Assembly (NCBI GenBank): GCA_038040265.1
Contig: JBBPIP010000008.1
Span: 24,844 to 88,843, forward strand
Direction: 5' to 3'
Length of the DNA stretch: 64,000 nt
Source: Chloroflexota bacterium
GTDB lineage: Bacteria > Chloroflexota > Limnocylindria > P2-11E
This document shows positions 9,085-18,702 of this stretch, piece by piece (the stretch's first letter is position 1; each line of letters begins with the position of its first letter). The notes beneath the pieces are model-generated. The model was not told the DNA's origin. It saw nothing but the letters and a program-made list of their open reading frames with translations, and did not search any database. The translations under genes were made by a program, and so were the position numbers.

Positions 9085-10413
9085 TTATTGCGCGTCTTTG
9101 ACGATCTGGTTTGCTTTCGTGGTCGCGGTCGCCATCGCGGCGTCCGGCGTGGACTTGGCGGTGATGACCTCGGTGATCATGTTGAAGATGACGTCGCGGA
9201 TGTCCTGCTGCCCGCGGATGTTCGGCTCTGGGGAGCTGTACTGGATTAGGTCGAAGCCTTGCTTCCCCTGCGGGACCTTCGCCCAGTAATCCTTGAGCGT
9301 CTGCGAGTTCGCGGCCGTCGCGCGGACCGGCATGTAGTACGAGGTCGACGCGAACTGCGCGGACTGGTCGGTCTCGCTCATCCACTTGATGAACATCCAG
9401 GACGCGAGCTGCTTATCCGGCGTGCTCTTGAAGACGGCGACGTTCGCGCCGAACTGCACGGTCTTGGCCTTCGCCGGGTCGGTCGCGGCCTGCGGCAGGT
9501 TCGCGATGCTCCAGCTGAACGACGCCTTGTCGGCGAGATCCTTCATGAACGGAACCGTCGACGTCGATGAGAAGAAGAACGCGAGCTTCCCGGTCGCGAG
9601 GTCGCTCTGGAAGTCGAAGCTCTTCGGGCTGTAGCCCGAGCCGTTCTTGTTCATCCGGTCGTACATCTGGAGGACGGCGAGGCCTTCCTTGCCGTTCCAC
9701 GCGACCGTCTTGTTGTCCGCGGCCATGAGGGTTCCGCCGCGGGCATAGACCTGGGCGTTGAAGTACGACGCGTCGGTGTTGAACGCGAAGCCCATGCGGG
9801 TCACCTTGCCCGAGGCGTCCTTCTTGGTCGCCGCGAGCGCCGTGGCCTCGAACTCATCCCACGTCTTCGGGATCGGCTTGCCGAGCTCCTTGAGGATGTC
9901 GTTGTTCACGTACATGACCGCGAGCGACTTGGTGAACGGCCACGAGAGAAGCCGGTTGCCGTACTGCGGGAACGTGTTCGTGTCGTAGTAGCCCTTGTAG
10001 ATGTCGTCCTGGCTCTCCTTCGTGAGGCCGTTCGTCTTGCTGTCCTTGTACGAGCCGAGGTCGACGACCACGTCCGCCTTCATGTAGTCGGCGACGAAGC
10101 TCTCGTAGGCGTGGGCCAGCTCCGGGAGCGCCCCGGCCTGGATCGCGCCGAGAGTCTTCTGGTAGAGCTGGGTGTAGGTGCCCTGGTTGAGGGCGGTGAC
10201 GGTGACGCCCTTGCCGTTGGTGTCGTTGAACTTCTTCACCATCGCGTCCAGCGCGATCTGCTGCGGCCCGGTGAGCGCGTGCCACAGCGTGATGGCGACC
10301 GGACCCGAGAGCGTGATGTCCGCTTCCGTCGATTGCTGCGCCGCCGGAGGTGCACCGCTGCAGGCCGCCGACACCAGCATGACCGCCGCGAGGATCGCTG
10401 CCTTCATACGCAT
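9085..10413 (-). CDS. ABC transporter extracellular solute-binding lipoprotein (carbohydrate type)
   Basis: 442 aa. Lipoprotein signal MRMKAAILAAVMLVSAAC, family-1 sugar SBP-like sequence, adjacent to two permeases. Confidence 0.9.
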   Translation of the reverse strand: MRMKAAILAAVMLVSAACSGAPPAAQQSTEADITLSGPVAITLWHALTGPQQIALDAMVKKFNDTNGKGVTVTALNQGTYTQLYQKTLGAIQAGALPELAHAYESFVADYMKADVVVDLGSYKDSKTNGLTKESQDDIYKGYYDTNTFPQYGNRLLSWPFTKSLAVMYVNNDILKELGKPIPKTWDEFEATALAATKKDASGKVTRMGFAFNTDASYFNAQVYARGGTLMAADNKTVAWNGKEGLAVLQMYDRMNKNGSGYSPKSFDFQSDLATGKLAFFFSSTSTVPFMKDLADKASFSWSIANLPQAATDPAKAKTVQFGANVAVFKSTPDKQLASWMFIKWMSETDQSAQFASTSYYMPVRATAANSQTLKDYWAKVPQGKQGFDLIQYSSPEPNIRGQQDIRDVIFNMITEVITAKSTPDAAMATATTKANQIVKDAQ

Positions 10414-10467
10414 AGCTCTTCCCTCCTGACCTCCACCGGCCCGTTCGCTACGTAGTACGCGCCCGCC

Positions 10468-11364
10468 TCAACCCCGGATGCCCGTCCGTGCGATGCCCTG
10501 CACGAGGTAGCGCTGAGCAACCAGGAAGAGAAGCACGATTGGAGCGACCACGAATGTGGACGCCGCCATGAGCAGATGGTAGCTCGCCCCCGCTTCCTGC
10601 CGGAACTGCGACAGGCCTACCTGAACGGGTCGGAAGTCGGGTTTGGAGGTGACGATCAGCGGCCACTGGAAGGCGTTCCATGAACCCAGGAACGTGATCA
10701 GGCCGACCGTGATCAGGGCCGGAACGGAGAGAGGCAGGACGATGCTCCAGAGGAACCGCAGGTGCCCCGCGCCGTCCATCCGGGCGGCATCCGCAAGCTC
10801 GTTCGGGATCGACAGGAAGAACTGGCGCATGAGGAAGATCGAAAAGGCGCTGGCGATGAAGGGCACGATCTGCACCTGGTACGTGTCGAACCAGCCGAGG
10901 CAGGGGAGACCCGCGCAGGCCACGCGGCTCGGGCTCATAAGCACGTACTTGGGGATGAGGGTGGCCTCGCCCGGGATCATGAGCGTGGCCAGGAACACCG
11001 TGAAGAGGATGCCTTTGCCGCGGAACTTCATTCGCGCGAACGCGTAAGCCGCCAGGCAGGCCGTGATGACCTCGAGGATCGTGACCGCGATGGAGACGAA
11101 GATCGTATTGATGAAATAGCGACCCCAGGGCGCGCGGCTCCACGCGTCGGTGTAGTTCTCTGGGTGCAGCTCGTTCGGGAAGATCGTCGGCGGTGTGCGG
11201 ATGGCCTCGAGCGTGTCCTTGAACGAGCTCGTCACCATGAAATAAAACGGGTACGCGACGATCAGCGCGACGACGATCAGAACGATGTGCTTGACGATCG
11301 ATCCGATCCGGGGGCGCATCGTCACACGTGGAAGACCGCGCTCGATCGGAATCGCCTCAGTCAT
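10468..11364 (-). CDS. carbohydrate ABC transporter permease (MalG-like)
   Basis: 298 aa, six hydrophobic segments, EAA-type loop (ELADAARMDGAGHLRFLWSIVLP). Confidence 0.9.
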   Translation of the reverse strand: MTEAIPIERGLPRVTMRPRIGSIVKHIVLIVVALIVAYPFYFMVTSSFKDTLEAIRTPPTIFPNELHPENYTDAWSRAPWGRYFINTIFVSIAVTILEVITACLAAYAFARMKFRGKGILFTVFLATLMIPGEATLIPKYVLMSPSRVACAGLPCLGWFDTYQVQIVPFIASAFSIFLMRQFFLSIPNELADAARMDGAGHLRFLWSIVLPLSVPALITVGLITFLGSWNAFQWPLIVTSKPDFRPVQVGLSQFRQEAGASYHLLMAASTFVVAPIVLLFLVAQRYLVQGIARTGIRG

Positions 11365-12388
11365 AGTGCACGCGCCGTCCGAGCACGCGGAACTGAATGA
11401 GCGTGAACAGCAGGATGATCGTCGTGAGGATGAACGCGAGCGCGGCGCCGAGGCCGAACTGCGCCTGCTGGAACGCCGTCTTGAACACGAGCAGAGTCAC
11501 CGTGCGCGTCGTGTCGAGCGGCCCGCCGAAGCCGTTCGTGAGCACGTAGACCGAGTCGAACGAGCGCAGCACACCGATCGACGCGACGGTGAACACGAAG
11601 AACGTCGTCGGCGAGAGAAGTGGCAACGTGATCTTGGTGAAGATCTGCCGCTCGTTCGCGCCGTCCAGGCGCGCTGCCTCGTAGAACTCCTGCGAAATGT
11701 TCGAGAGCCCGGCGAGGAAGATCACGATCTGGTAGCCGAGGTAGTGCCAGACCGTGACGAGCGAGATCACTACGAGCGCGAGGCTCGGCCCGGCGAGCCA
11801 TTCCGGCAGCGTCACACCGAACCCCGACGCGGCGAGCTCGAAGAGCCCCCTCGGCTCGTCGAGCCACTTCTGCGGACCGATCCCGAAGATGCCGATGACA
11901 TCGTTCACAAGGCCGTATTGCGGGTGGAAGACCCAGAAGAAGACCGCCGCGGCGGCGACGAACGACGTGACGTACGGCAGGTAGTAGACGGTCCGGTAGA
12001 TGCCGCGGCCGCGCATCTTCTGGAACAGCAGGTACGCGAGCACGAGAGCGAGCGCGATCTCGAGCGGGACCGTCACGATGACGTACGTGAACGTGGTGGA
12101 GAGCGCCCGCCAGAAGTCGGGGCTGCGGATCGAGTTGTCGTAAAGCCAGTCGGTGTAGTTGCCGAACCCGCGGAACGCCCCCTGGACGACATCCCACTTG
12201 AAGAGCGACATGTAGAAGGCGGCGATCGCCGGAAAGATCTGGAAGACGCCGAGGACGATCACGGCCGGTAGGAGGAAGAGCCACGCCTGGATGGATTCGA
12301 CCGGAAGACGGCGGCGCGGCGACGCGCGGACGCTTGCGGGAATGACCTCGGCCGCCACCGGCTGCGATGATAAGCGAGCGATGCCCAT
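11357..12388 (-). CDS. carbohydrate ABC transporter permease (MalF-like)
   Basis: EAA loop (EFYEAARLDGANERQIFTKITLP). 8-nt overlap with the downstream permease. The start may be the GTG at 12358, because an ATG at 12388 would overlap the divergent FmdB start. Confidence 0.88.
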   Translation of the reverse strand: MGIARLSSQPVAAEVIPASVRASPRRRLPVESIQAWLFLLPAVIVLGVFQIFPAIAAFYMSLFKWDVVQGAFRGFGNYTDWLYDNSIRSPDFWRALSTTFTYVIVTVPLEIALALVLAYLLFQKMRGRGIYRTVYYLPYVTSFVAAAAVFFWVFHPQYGLVNDVIGIFGIGPQKWLDEPRGLFELAASGFGVTLPEWLAGPSLALVVISLVTVWHYLGYQIVIFLAGLSNISQEFYEAARLDGANERQIFTKITLPLLSPTTFFVFTVASIGVLRSFDSVYVLTNGFGGPLDTTRTVTLLVFKTAFQQAQFGLGAALAFILTTIILLFTLIQFRVLGRRVHYD

Positions 12389-12722
12389 CTACGACTACCA
12401 CTGCGATCACTGCGGGCATTCCTTCTCCCAGGTTCAGTCCTACAAGGACCAGCCGGTCGAGAAGTGCCCGAACTGTGGGAAGAAACCGCGGCGGCTGATC
12501 TCACCATCCGCGGTCGTTTTCAAGGGCTCGGGCTGGTACAAGACGGATAGCCGCGCCCCGGAGAAGAGCGAGACGAAGTCTGAGAGCAAGTCGGAAACGA
12601 AGTCCGAGACGAAGGCGGAGACGAAGTCCGAGACGAAGGCGGAGACGAAGTCCGAGACGAAGTCCGACACGAAGGCAAAGCCGGCCGACAAGAGCGCGCC
12701 GAAGAGTGAGGCGTCATCCTAG
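12381..12722 (+). CDS. FmdB-family zinc-ribbon protein with repetitive (S/A)ETK tail
   Basis: MPIYDYHCDHCGH...CPNCG is the FmdB/CxxC_CxxC_SSSS signature. ATG at 12381 chosen inside ORF 12291..12722. Confidence 0.8.
   Translation: MPIYDYHCDHCGHSFSQVQSYKDQPVEKCPNCGKKPRRLISPSAVVFKGSGWYKTDSRAPEKSETKSESKSETKSETKAETKSETKAETKSETKSDTKAKPADKSAPKSEASS
12567..12674 (+). repeat. coding tandem repeat, 12-nt unit (GAGACGAAGKCS), about 9 copies
   Basis: Direct reading gives SETKSESKSETKSETKAETKSETKAETKSETKSDTK. A 24-nt super-unit gagacgaagtccgagacgaaggcg is repeated. Confidence 0.9.
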
Positions 12723-12754
12723 CCCGCGCCGCTAGCCGCGCGCGGGCCGCCATC

Positions 12755-13525
12755 GTGAGCTTCGGCGAGGACGAGTGCGGCTTCCTCGCCGGCGCGATCG
12801 CGTACCAGATCTTCTTCGCGCTGATCCCGCTCCTTGCGCTGCTCGTCGGAATTCTCGCGTTCGTCTACGGGCCTGATCGGGCTGAGCGCGATCTGGTCGA
12901 GATCCTTCGCGAGGTCTACCCGTCGGCGACGTCGCAGGAAACGCGCATCGCCCACGACCTGGTGCAGGGTCGAGGTCTCTCGCTGTCGATCGGAGTCATT
13001 GGAACGCTCTTCTCGACGATGGCGATCCACGGTTCGCTTGAGCGCGCGCTCGCGCTGATCCTCGGTCGCGAGGGCCGCCGGACGTTCATTCGGGGACACC
13101 TCGAGGCCGCGGGGTTCGTGGCGGTGCTCGTGGCTCTCGCGATCGCCTCGTTCGGGGTGTCGTTCGGCACCGCGGCAACCTCCGACGCCCTGGTCGCGGC
13201 GGGCTTCGGCGGGGTGGTCGCGGTCGCTCTTCAAATTTTCTCGCCGCTCGTGGGTCTGGCCGTCGGCTTCGTTTTCTTCTTCGCTGTGTACCGCGTGATC
13301 CCGCGGCGCCCGCCTCCTGCGCGAGCAGCCGCCGAGGCCGCGCTGGTATCGGCCGTGCTGTGGGAGGTGGCCAAGCTGGCGTTCGGCTACTTCACGCGAG
13401 CGCTCGCGATTTTCACCGCATACGGGCCGCTCGCCTTCGCGGCGGGGCTTCTTACCTGGATCTACGTCACAGCGGTCATCATCTTGGTCGGTGCGGAGGT
13501 CATGAAGACGCGTGGAACGGCTTGA
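12755..13525 (+). CDS. YihY/BrkB-family membrane protein
   Basis: GFLAGAIAYQIFFALIPLLAL is the typical YihY N-terminal motif. Multiple TM segments. GTG start. Confidence 0.75.
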   Translation: MSFGEDECGFLAGAIAYQIFFALIPLLALLVGILAFVYGPDRAERDLVEILREVYPSATSQETRIAHDLVQGRGLSLSIGVIGTLFSTMAIHGSLERALALILGREGRRTFIRGHLEAAGFVAVLVALAIASFGVSFGTAATSDALVAAGFGGVVAVALQIFSPLVGLAVGFVFFFAVYRVIPRRPPPARAAAEAALVSAVLWEVAKLAFGYFTRALAIFTAYGPLAFAAGLLTWIYVTAVIILVGAEVMKTRGTA

Positions 13526-14267
13526 AGCGTTCGCGAGCCGCTTCATCGAGGGATGGAGCGCCCGGCTGTTCGGGGCAAAGCTCCAGCCGGTGCAGATCGC
13601 CAAACGCGTGATTCGCGCGATGGAATCGCACCAGACGATCTCGCTGAGCAAGACCTTCGTCCCGAACTCGTACGTGGTCTCGCTCTCGCCGTCGGACTTC
13701 GAAGGGTTCGAGCAGTACCGCAGGAGCCTGGAGCAGGACCTGTCCGAGGCCGTCCTGGGAGCCGCGCGTGACCGGAACTACACGCTCCTCGCGTACCCGA
13801 CGGTCGAGATCGAGCGCGACGAGGACCTGCCGCCCGGCGACATGCGCGTCTCCTGCGCGCTCGTCGACGCCTCCGGCGACGAGGTCTCGCCGGACCCCAG
13901 GGCGCTCGGTGCGGTCGAATCCGGACACACGATGGTCCTCGACCGGGAGAAGCTCCTCCGCGAAAAACCGCGTGCCCCGAAGGCCGCCATCACCGTGCGC
14001 GACGGTGACGACCGTCGCGACATCGTCCTCGGCATCGAGCCGCTCGCGATCGGCCGCGATCCGCAGAACGACATCACGCTCGACGACCGAAGGGTTTCGC
14101 GGAAGCACGCCGAGATCCGTCTTCGCCTCGGGCGCTACACGCTGTACGACCTGCAGAGCACGAACGGGACGTACGTGAACGGCCGCCGCGTCGCGGAGGT
14201 CGTGCTCGGCGACGGAGACCGTCTCTCCATCGGCGGCGTCGAGCTCCAATTCCGCGCCAGCGACTAG
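13512..14267 (+). CDS. fhaA: FhaA-like protein (DUF3662 N-domain + C-terminal FHA domain)
   Basis: N-terminus MERLEAFASRFIEG...KLQPVQIAKRV matches the DUF3662 signature. C-terminal FHA (IGRDPQNDITLDDRRVSRKHAEI...STNGTYVNG). Confidence 0.8.
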   Translation: MERLEAFASRFIEGWSARLFGAKLQPVQIAKRVIRAMESHQTISLSKTFVPNSYVVSLSPSDFEGFEQYRRSLEQDLSEAVLGAARDRNYTLLAYPTVEIERDEDLPPGDMRVSCALVDASGDEVSPDPRALGAVESGHTMVLDREKLLREKPRAPKAAITVRDGDDRRDIVLGIEPLAIGRDPQNDITLDDRRVSRKHAEIRLRLGRYTLYDLQSTNGTYVNGRRVAEVVLGDGDRLSIGGVELQFRASD

Positions 14268-14270
14268 CAA

Positions 14271-14708
14271 GTGGAGATCACGTTCGCTGTTCTCCTCTGG
14301 GCCGTCCGGATCGCGTTCCTCGTCCTTCTCTATCTGTTCCTCATCCGTGTCTTCACCTCGCTGCAACGCTCGCTCGCCACCGAGAGCGTGGTGTCGGCCC
14401 GGCCGACGGGTCTGGCGCACCTCGTCGTCCAGCGCACCGTCCGCGGCGCGCCCCGCGTCGGGGATCGGCTCCCGCTTCGCGCGGTCAACGCGCTGGGCCG
14501 CGACGCGGGGAACGACATCGTCATCAACGACGAGGCCGCGTCGGCCAAGCACGCGCTCGTGGAGTTCGCCGAAGGCGAGTGGTGGGTCGAGGACGCGGGC
14601 AGCACGAACGGCACCATCGTGAACGGTGAGGTCGTGCGATCGCGCGAACGCCTGCACTACGGAGACGAGCTCGCGATCGGTCGCGTCGCCCTTAGGCTCG
14701 AGCAGTGA
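14271..14708 (+). CDS. fhaB: FhaB/FipA-like membrane-anchored FHA domain protein
   Basis: N-terminal TM helix plus FHA domain (LGRDAGNDIVINDEAASAKHALV...STNGTIVNG). Confidence 0.72.
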   Translation: MEITFAVLLWAVRIAFLVLLYLFLIRVFTSLQRSLATESVVSARPTGLAHLVVQRTVRGAPRVGDRLPLRAVNALGRDAGNDIVINDEAASAKHALVEFAEGEWWVEDAGSTNGTIVNGEVVRSRERLHYGDELAIGRVALRLEQ

Positions 14709-16024
14709 TGCGAGCCGAGGCGGCCATGCCCATCGGCCGCGCGCGCTTCACCGAGCTCTCGCTCCTGGTCTGGGTCGCGACGTTCGCGATCACCGGGTTT
14801 GTAGCCGTCCTCGCTACGGAAACGGCGTCATTCAGTCCGACGGCCGTCGTCGTGCCCGCGGTGTTCCTTCTGCTGATGCTCGCGCTGCACGTGTTCCTCG
14901 TCGCCATCAGGTTCCGAGGCGACCAGATCCTCATGCCGCTCGCCGCCGGCCTCACCGCGATCGGACTGATCCTCGTGCAGCGCCTCGCGTCCGACCTCCT
15001 GCTGCAGCAGTTGTCGTGGTCGATCATCGCCGCCGGCGCTTTCGCGGCGACGATCCTCGTGCCACGCGACCTGACAGCGCTCGCCCGGTTCAAGTGGACG
15101 TGGGCGATCCTCGGGCTGCTGCTCCTCATGGCGCCGCTCCTACCGGTCATCGGCCGCGAGGTCAACGGCGCTCGGATCTGGGTCAAGATCGGACCCGGGA
15201 GCATCGAGCCCTGGGAGGCCGTGAAGATCCTGCTCGTGATCTTCTTCGCGGCATACCTCGAGGAATACCGCGAGATCCTTTCGCACTCGCAGCGCCGGAT
15301 CGGGCCGTTCCCCGTCCCGCCGGTGCCGTATCTCGTCCCCATCGTGGCCATGTGGGGGATCGCGATGCTGGTGATGGTCTTCGAGAAGGACATGGGTGCG
15401 ACCGTGCTCTTCTTCGGGATCTTCCTCGCGATGCTCTTCCTCGCAACGGGCGAGGCGTTCTACGCGATCATCGGAGTCGGCCTGCTCATCCTCGGCGGTC
15501 TCGTCGCGTACCAGGTTTTCGGACACGTTCAGGTCCGCGTCGACACGTGGCTCCGTCCGTTCGACGAAGACCTCCGGTTCAATCAGGGATTCCAGCTCGT
15601 GCAGGGCCTCTACGCGCTCGCGAACGGCGGACTGCTCGGGGCTGGTCTCGGCAACGGAATGCCCGACCGGATCCCGGTCGTGTGGAGCGACTTCGTCTTC
15701 GACGCGTTCGCCGAGGAGGCGGGCCTTGCGGGCGCGCTAGCGCTCCTCGCTCTTTATCTCGTCTTCCTGTACCGCGGGATGCAGATCGCGCTCCGCGCGC
15801 CCACGCCGTTCCTTCAGCTGCTTGCGGCGGGCCTCTCCTTCATCGTCGCGCTGCAGACCCTGGTCATCGTCGGCGGAAATCTCCGACTCATACCGCTGAC
15901 CGGCATCACCCTTCCGTTCGTCGCGTATGGCGGCTCGTCGCTCGTCACGAACTGGATGCTCGTGGGGATTCTCATGCGCGTCTCACAGGTCTCGAGCCGC
16001 ATGCGTGGTGGGGGACCCTGGTGA
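14705..16024 (+). CDS. rodA: FtsW/RodA/SpoVE-family peptidoglycan glycosyltransferase
   Basis: 439 aa polytopic protein with SEDS motifs (EPWEAVKILLVIFFAAYL, GITLPFVAYGGSS). Sits in the FhaAB-RodA-PBP context. Confidence 0.9.
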   Translation: MMRAEAAMPIGRARFTELSLLVWVATFAITGFVAVLATETASFSPTAVVVPAVFLLLMLALHVFLVAIRFRGDQILMPLAAGLTAIGLILVQRLASDLLLQQLSWSIIAAGAFAATILVPRDLTALARFKWTWAILGLLLLMAPLLPVIGREVNGARIWVKIGPGSIEPWEAVKILLVIFFAAYLEEYREILSHSQRRIGPFPVPPVPYLVPIVAMWGIAMLVMVFEKDMGATVLFFGIFLAMLFLATGEAFYAIIGVGLLILGGLVAYQVFGHVQVRVDTWLRPFDEDLRFNQGFQLVQGLYALANGGLLGAGLGNGMPDRIPVVWSDFVFDAFAEEAGLAGALALLALYLVFLYRGMQIALRAPTPFLQLLAAGLSFIVALQTLVIVGGNLRLIPLTGITLPFVAYGGSSLVTNWMLVGILMRVSQVSSRMRGGGPW

Positions 16025-17460
16025 TGTCGCCGATCAGCACGAACATCCGGGCCCTGACGCTCACGCTTGCGCTCGCGTTCCTCGTGACGTCGATCGGCGC
16101 GGCGTACTGGACGATCCTCGCGTCGGATCAGCTCGCGAACGACCCGTTCAACCCGCGCCTCATCGCCGCGATGAACGGCCGGCCGCGCGGGGCGATCGTC
16201 GATCGCAACGGCGCGCCGCTCGCGACCAGCGACAAGACCGACCCCGGATTCACGCGTTCGTACAAGGAACACTCGCTGGCCCAGGTGATCGGTTACGCGT
16301 CCACCAGGTTCGGTCTCTCCGGCATCGAAGCGGCCTACGCGGAGTCGCTCATCGGCCAGGATCCGGCGGACCCGGTGTCCATCTGGAGGGCGCGGTACCT
16401 CGGAGATCGCGGCCCCGCCGGAGAGGTCGTGCTCGGGCTCGACCTGAAGATCCAGAAGGCCGCGGCCGACGCGCTCGGCGGCCGCAAGGGCGCGATCGTG
16501 GCTCTCGATCCGCGGACCGGCGCGATCCTCGCGTCGGTCAGCGTCCCGAGCTATGACGCCAACCAGGTCGTCGATCGGTCAAAGCAGGACGCCGCGTTCG
16601 CTCAGCTGAATCAGGACGCGGGTCGTCCGCTGCTGAACCGCGCCACCCAGGGCCTCTATCCGCCGGGATCCGTGTTCAAGGTCATCACCGGCGCGGCTGC
16701 GCTCGAGGCCGGGTTCGACGCCACGAAGAAGCTGCGTGTCGACGATCCCTATCAGGCCGATAAGTCGTGGGGCGACTACTTCGTCCGTTCGGCCTCCAAG
16801 GCGCACGGCCTCTTCGACATGGCCGACGGCTTCCGTCTCTCGGAGAACATCTACTTCGCGCAGGTCGCACTCCAGATCGGAGCCCCGAAGCTGACCGATT
16901 ACGCGCGGCGCTTCGGGATCGGGTCGACGCCGACGCTCGATCTCCCCGCCGCGAAAGGCCAGCTCTCCGACTCGGGCTCGATCGACCGGCCGACACTCCT
17001 CGCCGACACGTCCTACGGCCAGGGCGAGCTCCTCGTCTCGCCGCTCCAGATGGCACTCGTCTACGCCGCCATCGCGAACGGCGGCGTGATGCCGACGGCC
17101 CACTACGCCACCGAGGTCCGCGATGGCGAGGGCCACGTCGTGCGTCAGATCGCGCCCGGCCCCGTGGGACAGGTGATCTCTCCGAATACCGCGAGGACGC
17201 TGACGACCATGCTGGTGGGGGCGGTCTCCGGCCCCGGGGCATTTGCGTTCGGAGCAAGGATCCCTGGGGTGGATGTCGCTGGAAAAACGGGCACAGCCGA
17301 AAATCGACCTGGCGAGGCCCCCCACGGCTGGTTTGTTGGCTTCGCGCCGGCTCAGAATCCAACCGTGGTCGTTGTCGTCATCGTTGAGAACACGGCCGAA
17401 GGCGGAGTAACAGCGGCGCCACTTGGAGGCCAAGTGATGAGGGCCGCGCTAGGCAAGTAG
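16024..17460 (+). CDS. pbpA: class B penicillin-binding protein (PBP2/PbpA transpeptidase)
   Basis: ATG at 16024 overlaps the rodA TGA. TM helix, SxxK (PGSVFK), SxN (LSEN) and KTG (GKTGTA) motifs. The ORF-track start at 14626 is an artefactual upstream extension. Confidence 0.9.
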   Translation: MSPISTNIRALTLTLALAFLVTSIGAAYWTILASDQLANDPFNPRLIAAMNGRPRGAIVDRNGAPLATSDKTDPGFTRSYKEHSLAQVIGYASTRFGLSGIEAAYAESLIGQDPADPVSIWRARYLGDRGPAGEVVLGLDLKIQKAAADALGGRKGAIVALDPRTGAILASVSVPSYDANQVVDRSKQDAAFAQLNQDAGRPLLNRATQGLYPPGSVFKVITGAAALEAGFDATKKLRVDDPYQADKSWGDYFVRSASKAHGLFDMADGFRLSENIYFAQVALQIGAPKLTDYARRFGIGSTPTLDLPAAKGQLSDSGSIDRPTLLADTSYGQGELLVSPLQMALVYAAIANGGVMPTAHYATEVRDGEGHVVRQIAPGPVGQVISPNTARTLTTMLVGAVSGPGAFAFGARIPGVDVAGKTGTAENRPGEAPHGWFVGFAPAQNPTVVVVVIVENTAEGGVTAAPLGGQVMRAALGK

Positions 17461-17472
17461 CACACGCCAGCC

Positions 17473-17606
17473 CGCGGGTCCTGTCCCGGCTACGCGGGTC
17501 TCTCCCTCAGCGCACCCTCCCCGCCCTGCAGCTCACTTCGTTCGCTGCGGGCGGGTCCCCGGGGCACCCGCGCTTCGTGAGAGACCCGCTGCGCCGTGCC
17601 ACCCGC
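17473..17606. repeat. ~130-bp GC-rich palindromic intergenic element, copy B (inverted relative to copy A)
   Basis: CGCGGGTCCTGTCCCGG (17473-17489) is the reverse complement of the copy A end motif. CCGTGCCACCCGC (17594-17606) is the reverse complement of the copy A start motif. Internal hairpin GCGGGTCTCTC (17494-17504) pairs with GAGAGACCCGC (17579-17589). Confidence 0.6.
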
Positions 17607-17735
17607 GGGCGGCATGGAACTAACCAGGTAGCGCAGCCGTATATGAACTTAGGGTCTTCCTACGTTGTTTCCTAAGAAGCCCTGATACTTCTTGCAGCAG
17701 CCGCGGAAACTCAGCGAAGAGGGGTAAGTAGCACG

Positions 17736-18698
17736 GTGGAGAAAGCTCTCGCGGCGAAGGTCAACGGCGTTGTCGAGAACGTCGAGCGGGTCATCTTCGG
17801 CAAGCACCACGAGATTGAGCTCGCGCTGGTCGCGCTCCTCTGTCGCGGCCACATCCTCGTGGAAGACGTCCCGGGTACCGGGAAGACCGTGCTTGCGAAG
17901 GCCCTGGCCCGGTCGCTCGGCTGCACCTTCCGTCGCATCCAGTTCACGCCGGACCTTCTGCCGTCCGACGTCACCGGCGTCTCGATCTTCAACCAGCGGA
18001 CGAACACGTTCGAGTTCCGCCCGGGACCGGTGATGAGCCAGGTCGTCCTCGCGGACGAGATCAACCGCGCGACGCCGAAGACGCAGTCGGCGCTCCTGGA
18101 GTCGATGGACGAGCACCAGGTGACGGTCGACGGAACGACCTATCAGCTGCCGGAGCCGTTCCTCGTCCTTGCGACCCAGAACCCGATCGAGTACGAGGGC
18201 ACCTTCCCGCTCCCCGAGGCCCAGCTCGACCGGTTCTTCATGCGGATCCAGCTCGGCTACCCCAAGGCGAAGGAAGAGATCGCGATCCTGGACGCCCAGC
18301 GGATCATCCACCCGCTCGAGACGATCGATCAGGTGCTGACCTCCGATGAGCTCCTCCGCGCGCAGTCGGCCTCTCGCGAGATCCACCTCGCCGAGGCGGT
18401 GAAGAAGTACGTGGTCGACGTCGTCACGGCGACCCGGTCGCACCCCGACGTCTATCTCGGCGCCTCGCCGCGCGGATCCCTCGCTCTGTCGCGGGCGGCA
18501 CAGGCGTTCGCCTCGATAAATGGTCGCGACTACGTGGTGCCGGACGACGTGAAGGCGCTCGCCGCGCCGACGCTCGCGCACCGCCTCATCCTTCAGCCCC
18601 AGGCGCGGCTCAAGGACCTGGCCGCAACGACCGTCATCGCCGAAATCCTGGCCAGCGTTCCGGTCGAGTCGGTCTCCGCTCAAGCGCTGCGGGCTTAA
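17736..18698 (+). CDS. MoxR-family AAA+ ATPase
   Basis: Walker A VPGTGKT, Walker [11 protein letters not shown], and typical MoxR length (320 aa). Confidence 0.92.
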   Translation: MEKALAAKVNGVVENVERVIFGKHHEIELALVALLCRGHILVEDVPGTGKTVLAKALARSLGCTFRRIQFTPDLLPSDVTGVSIFNQRTNTFEFRPGPVMSQVVLADEINRATPKTQSALLESMDEHQVTVDGTTYQLPEPFLVLATQNPIEYEGTFPLPEAQLDRFFMRIQLGYPKAKEEIAILDAQRIIHPLETIDQVLTSDELLRAQSASREIHLAEAVKKYVVDVVTATRSHPDVYLGASPRGSLALSRAAQAFASINGRDYVVPDDVKALAAPTLAHRLILQPQARLKDLAATTVIAEILASVPVESVSAQALRA

Positions 18699-18702
18699 GC
18701 CC

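Noticed and set aside
12567-12674. Possible CRISPR array (also considered for 23268..23350)
   Set aside because: The units are 12-18 nt with no unique spacers. One is clearly coding (SETK) and the other is a contiguous microsatellite-like array. No cas genes are present in the window.
14626-16023. N-terminal 466 aa of the 944-aa track ORF (14626..17460)
   Set aside because: This Arg/Pro/Ala-rich translation lies out of frame over fhaB/rodA. The real PBP starts at 16024 with a TM helix. Stop-free alternative frames are expected in GC-rich DNA.
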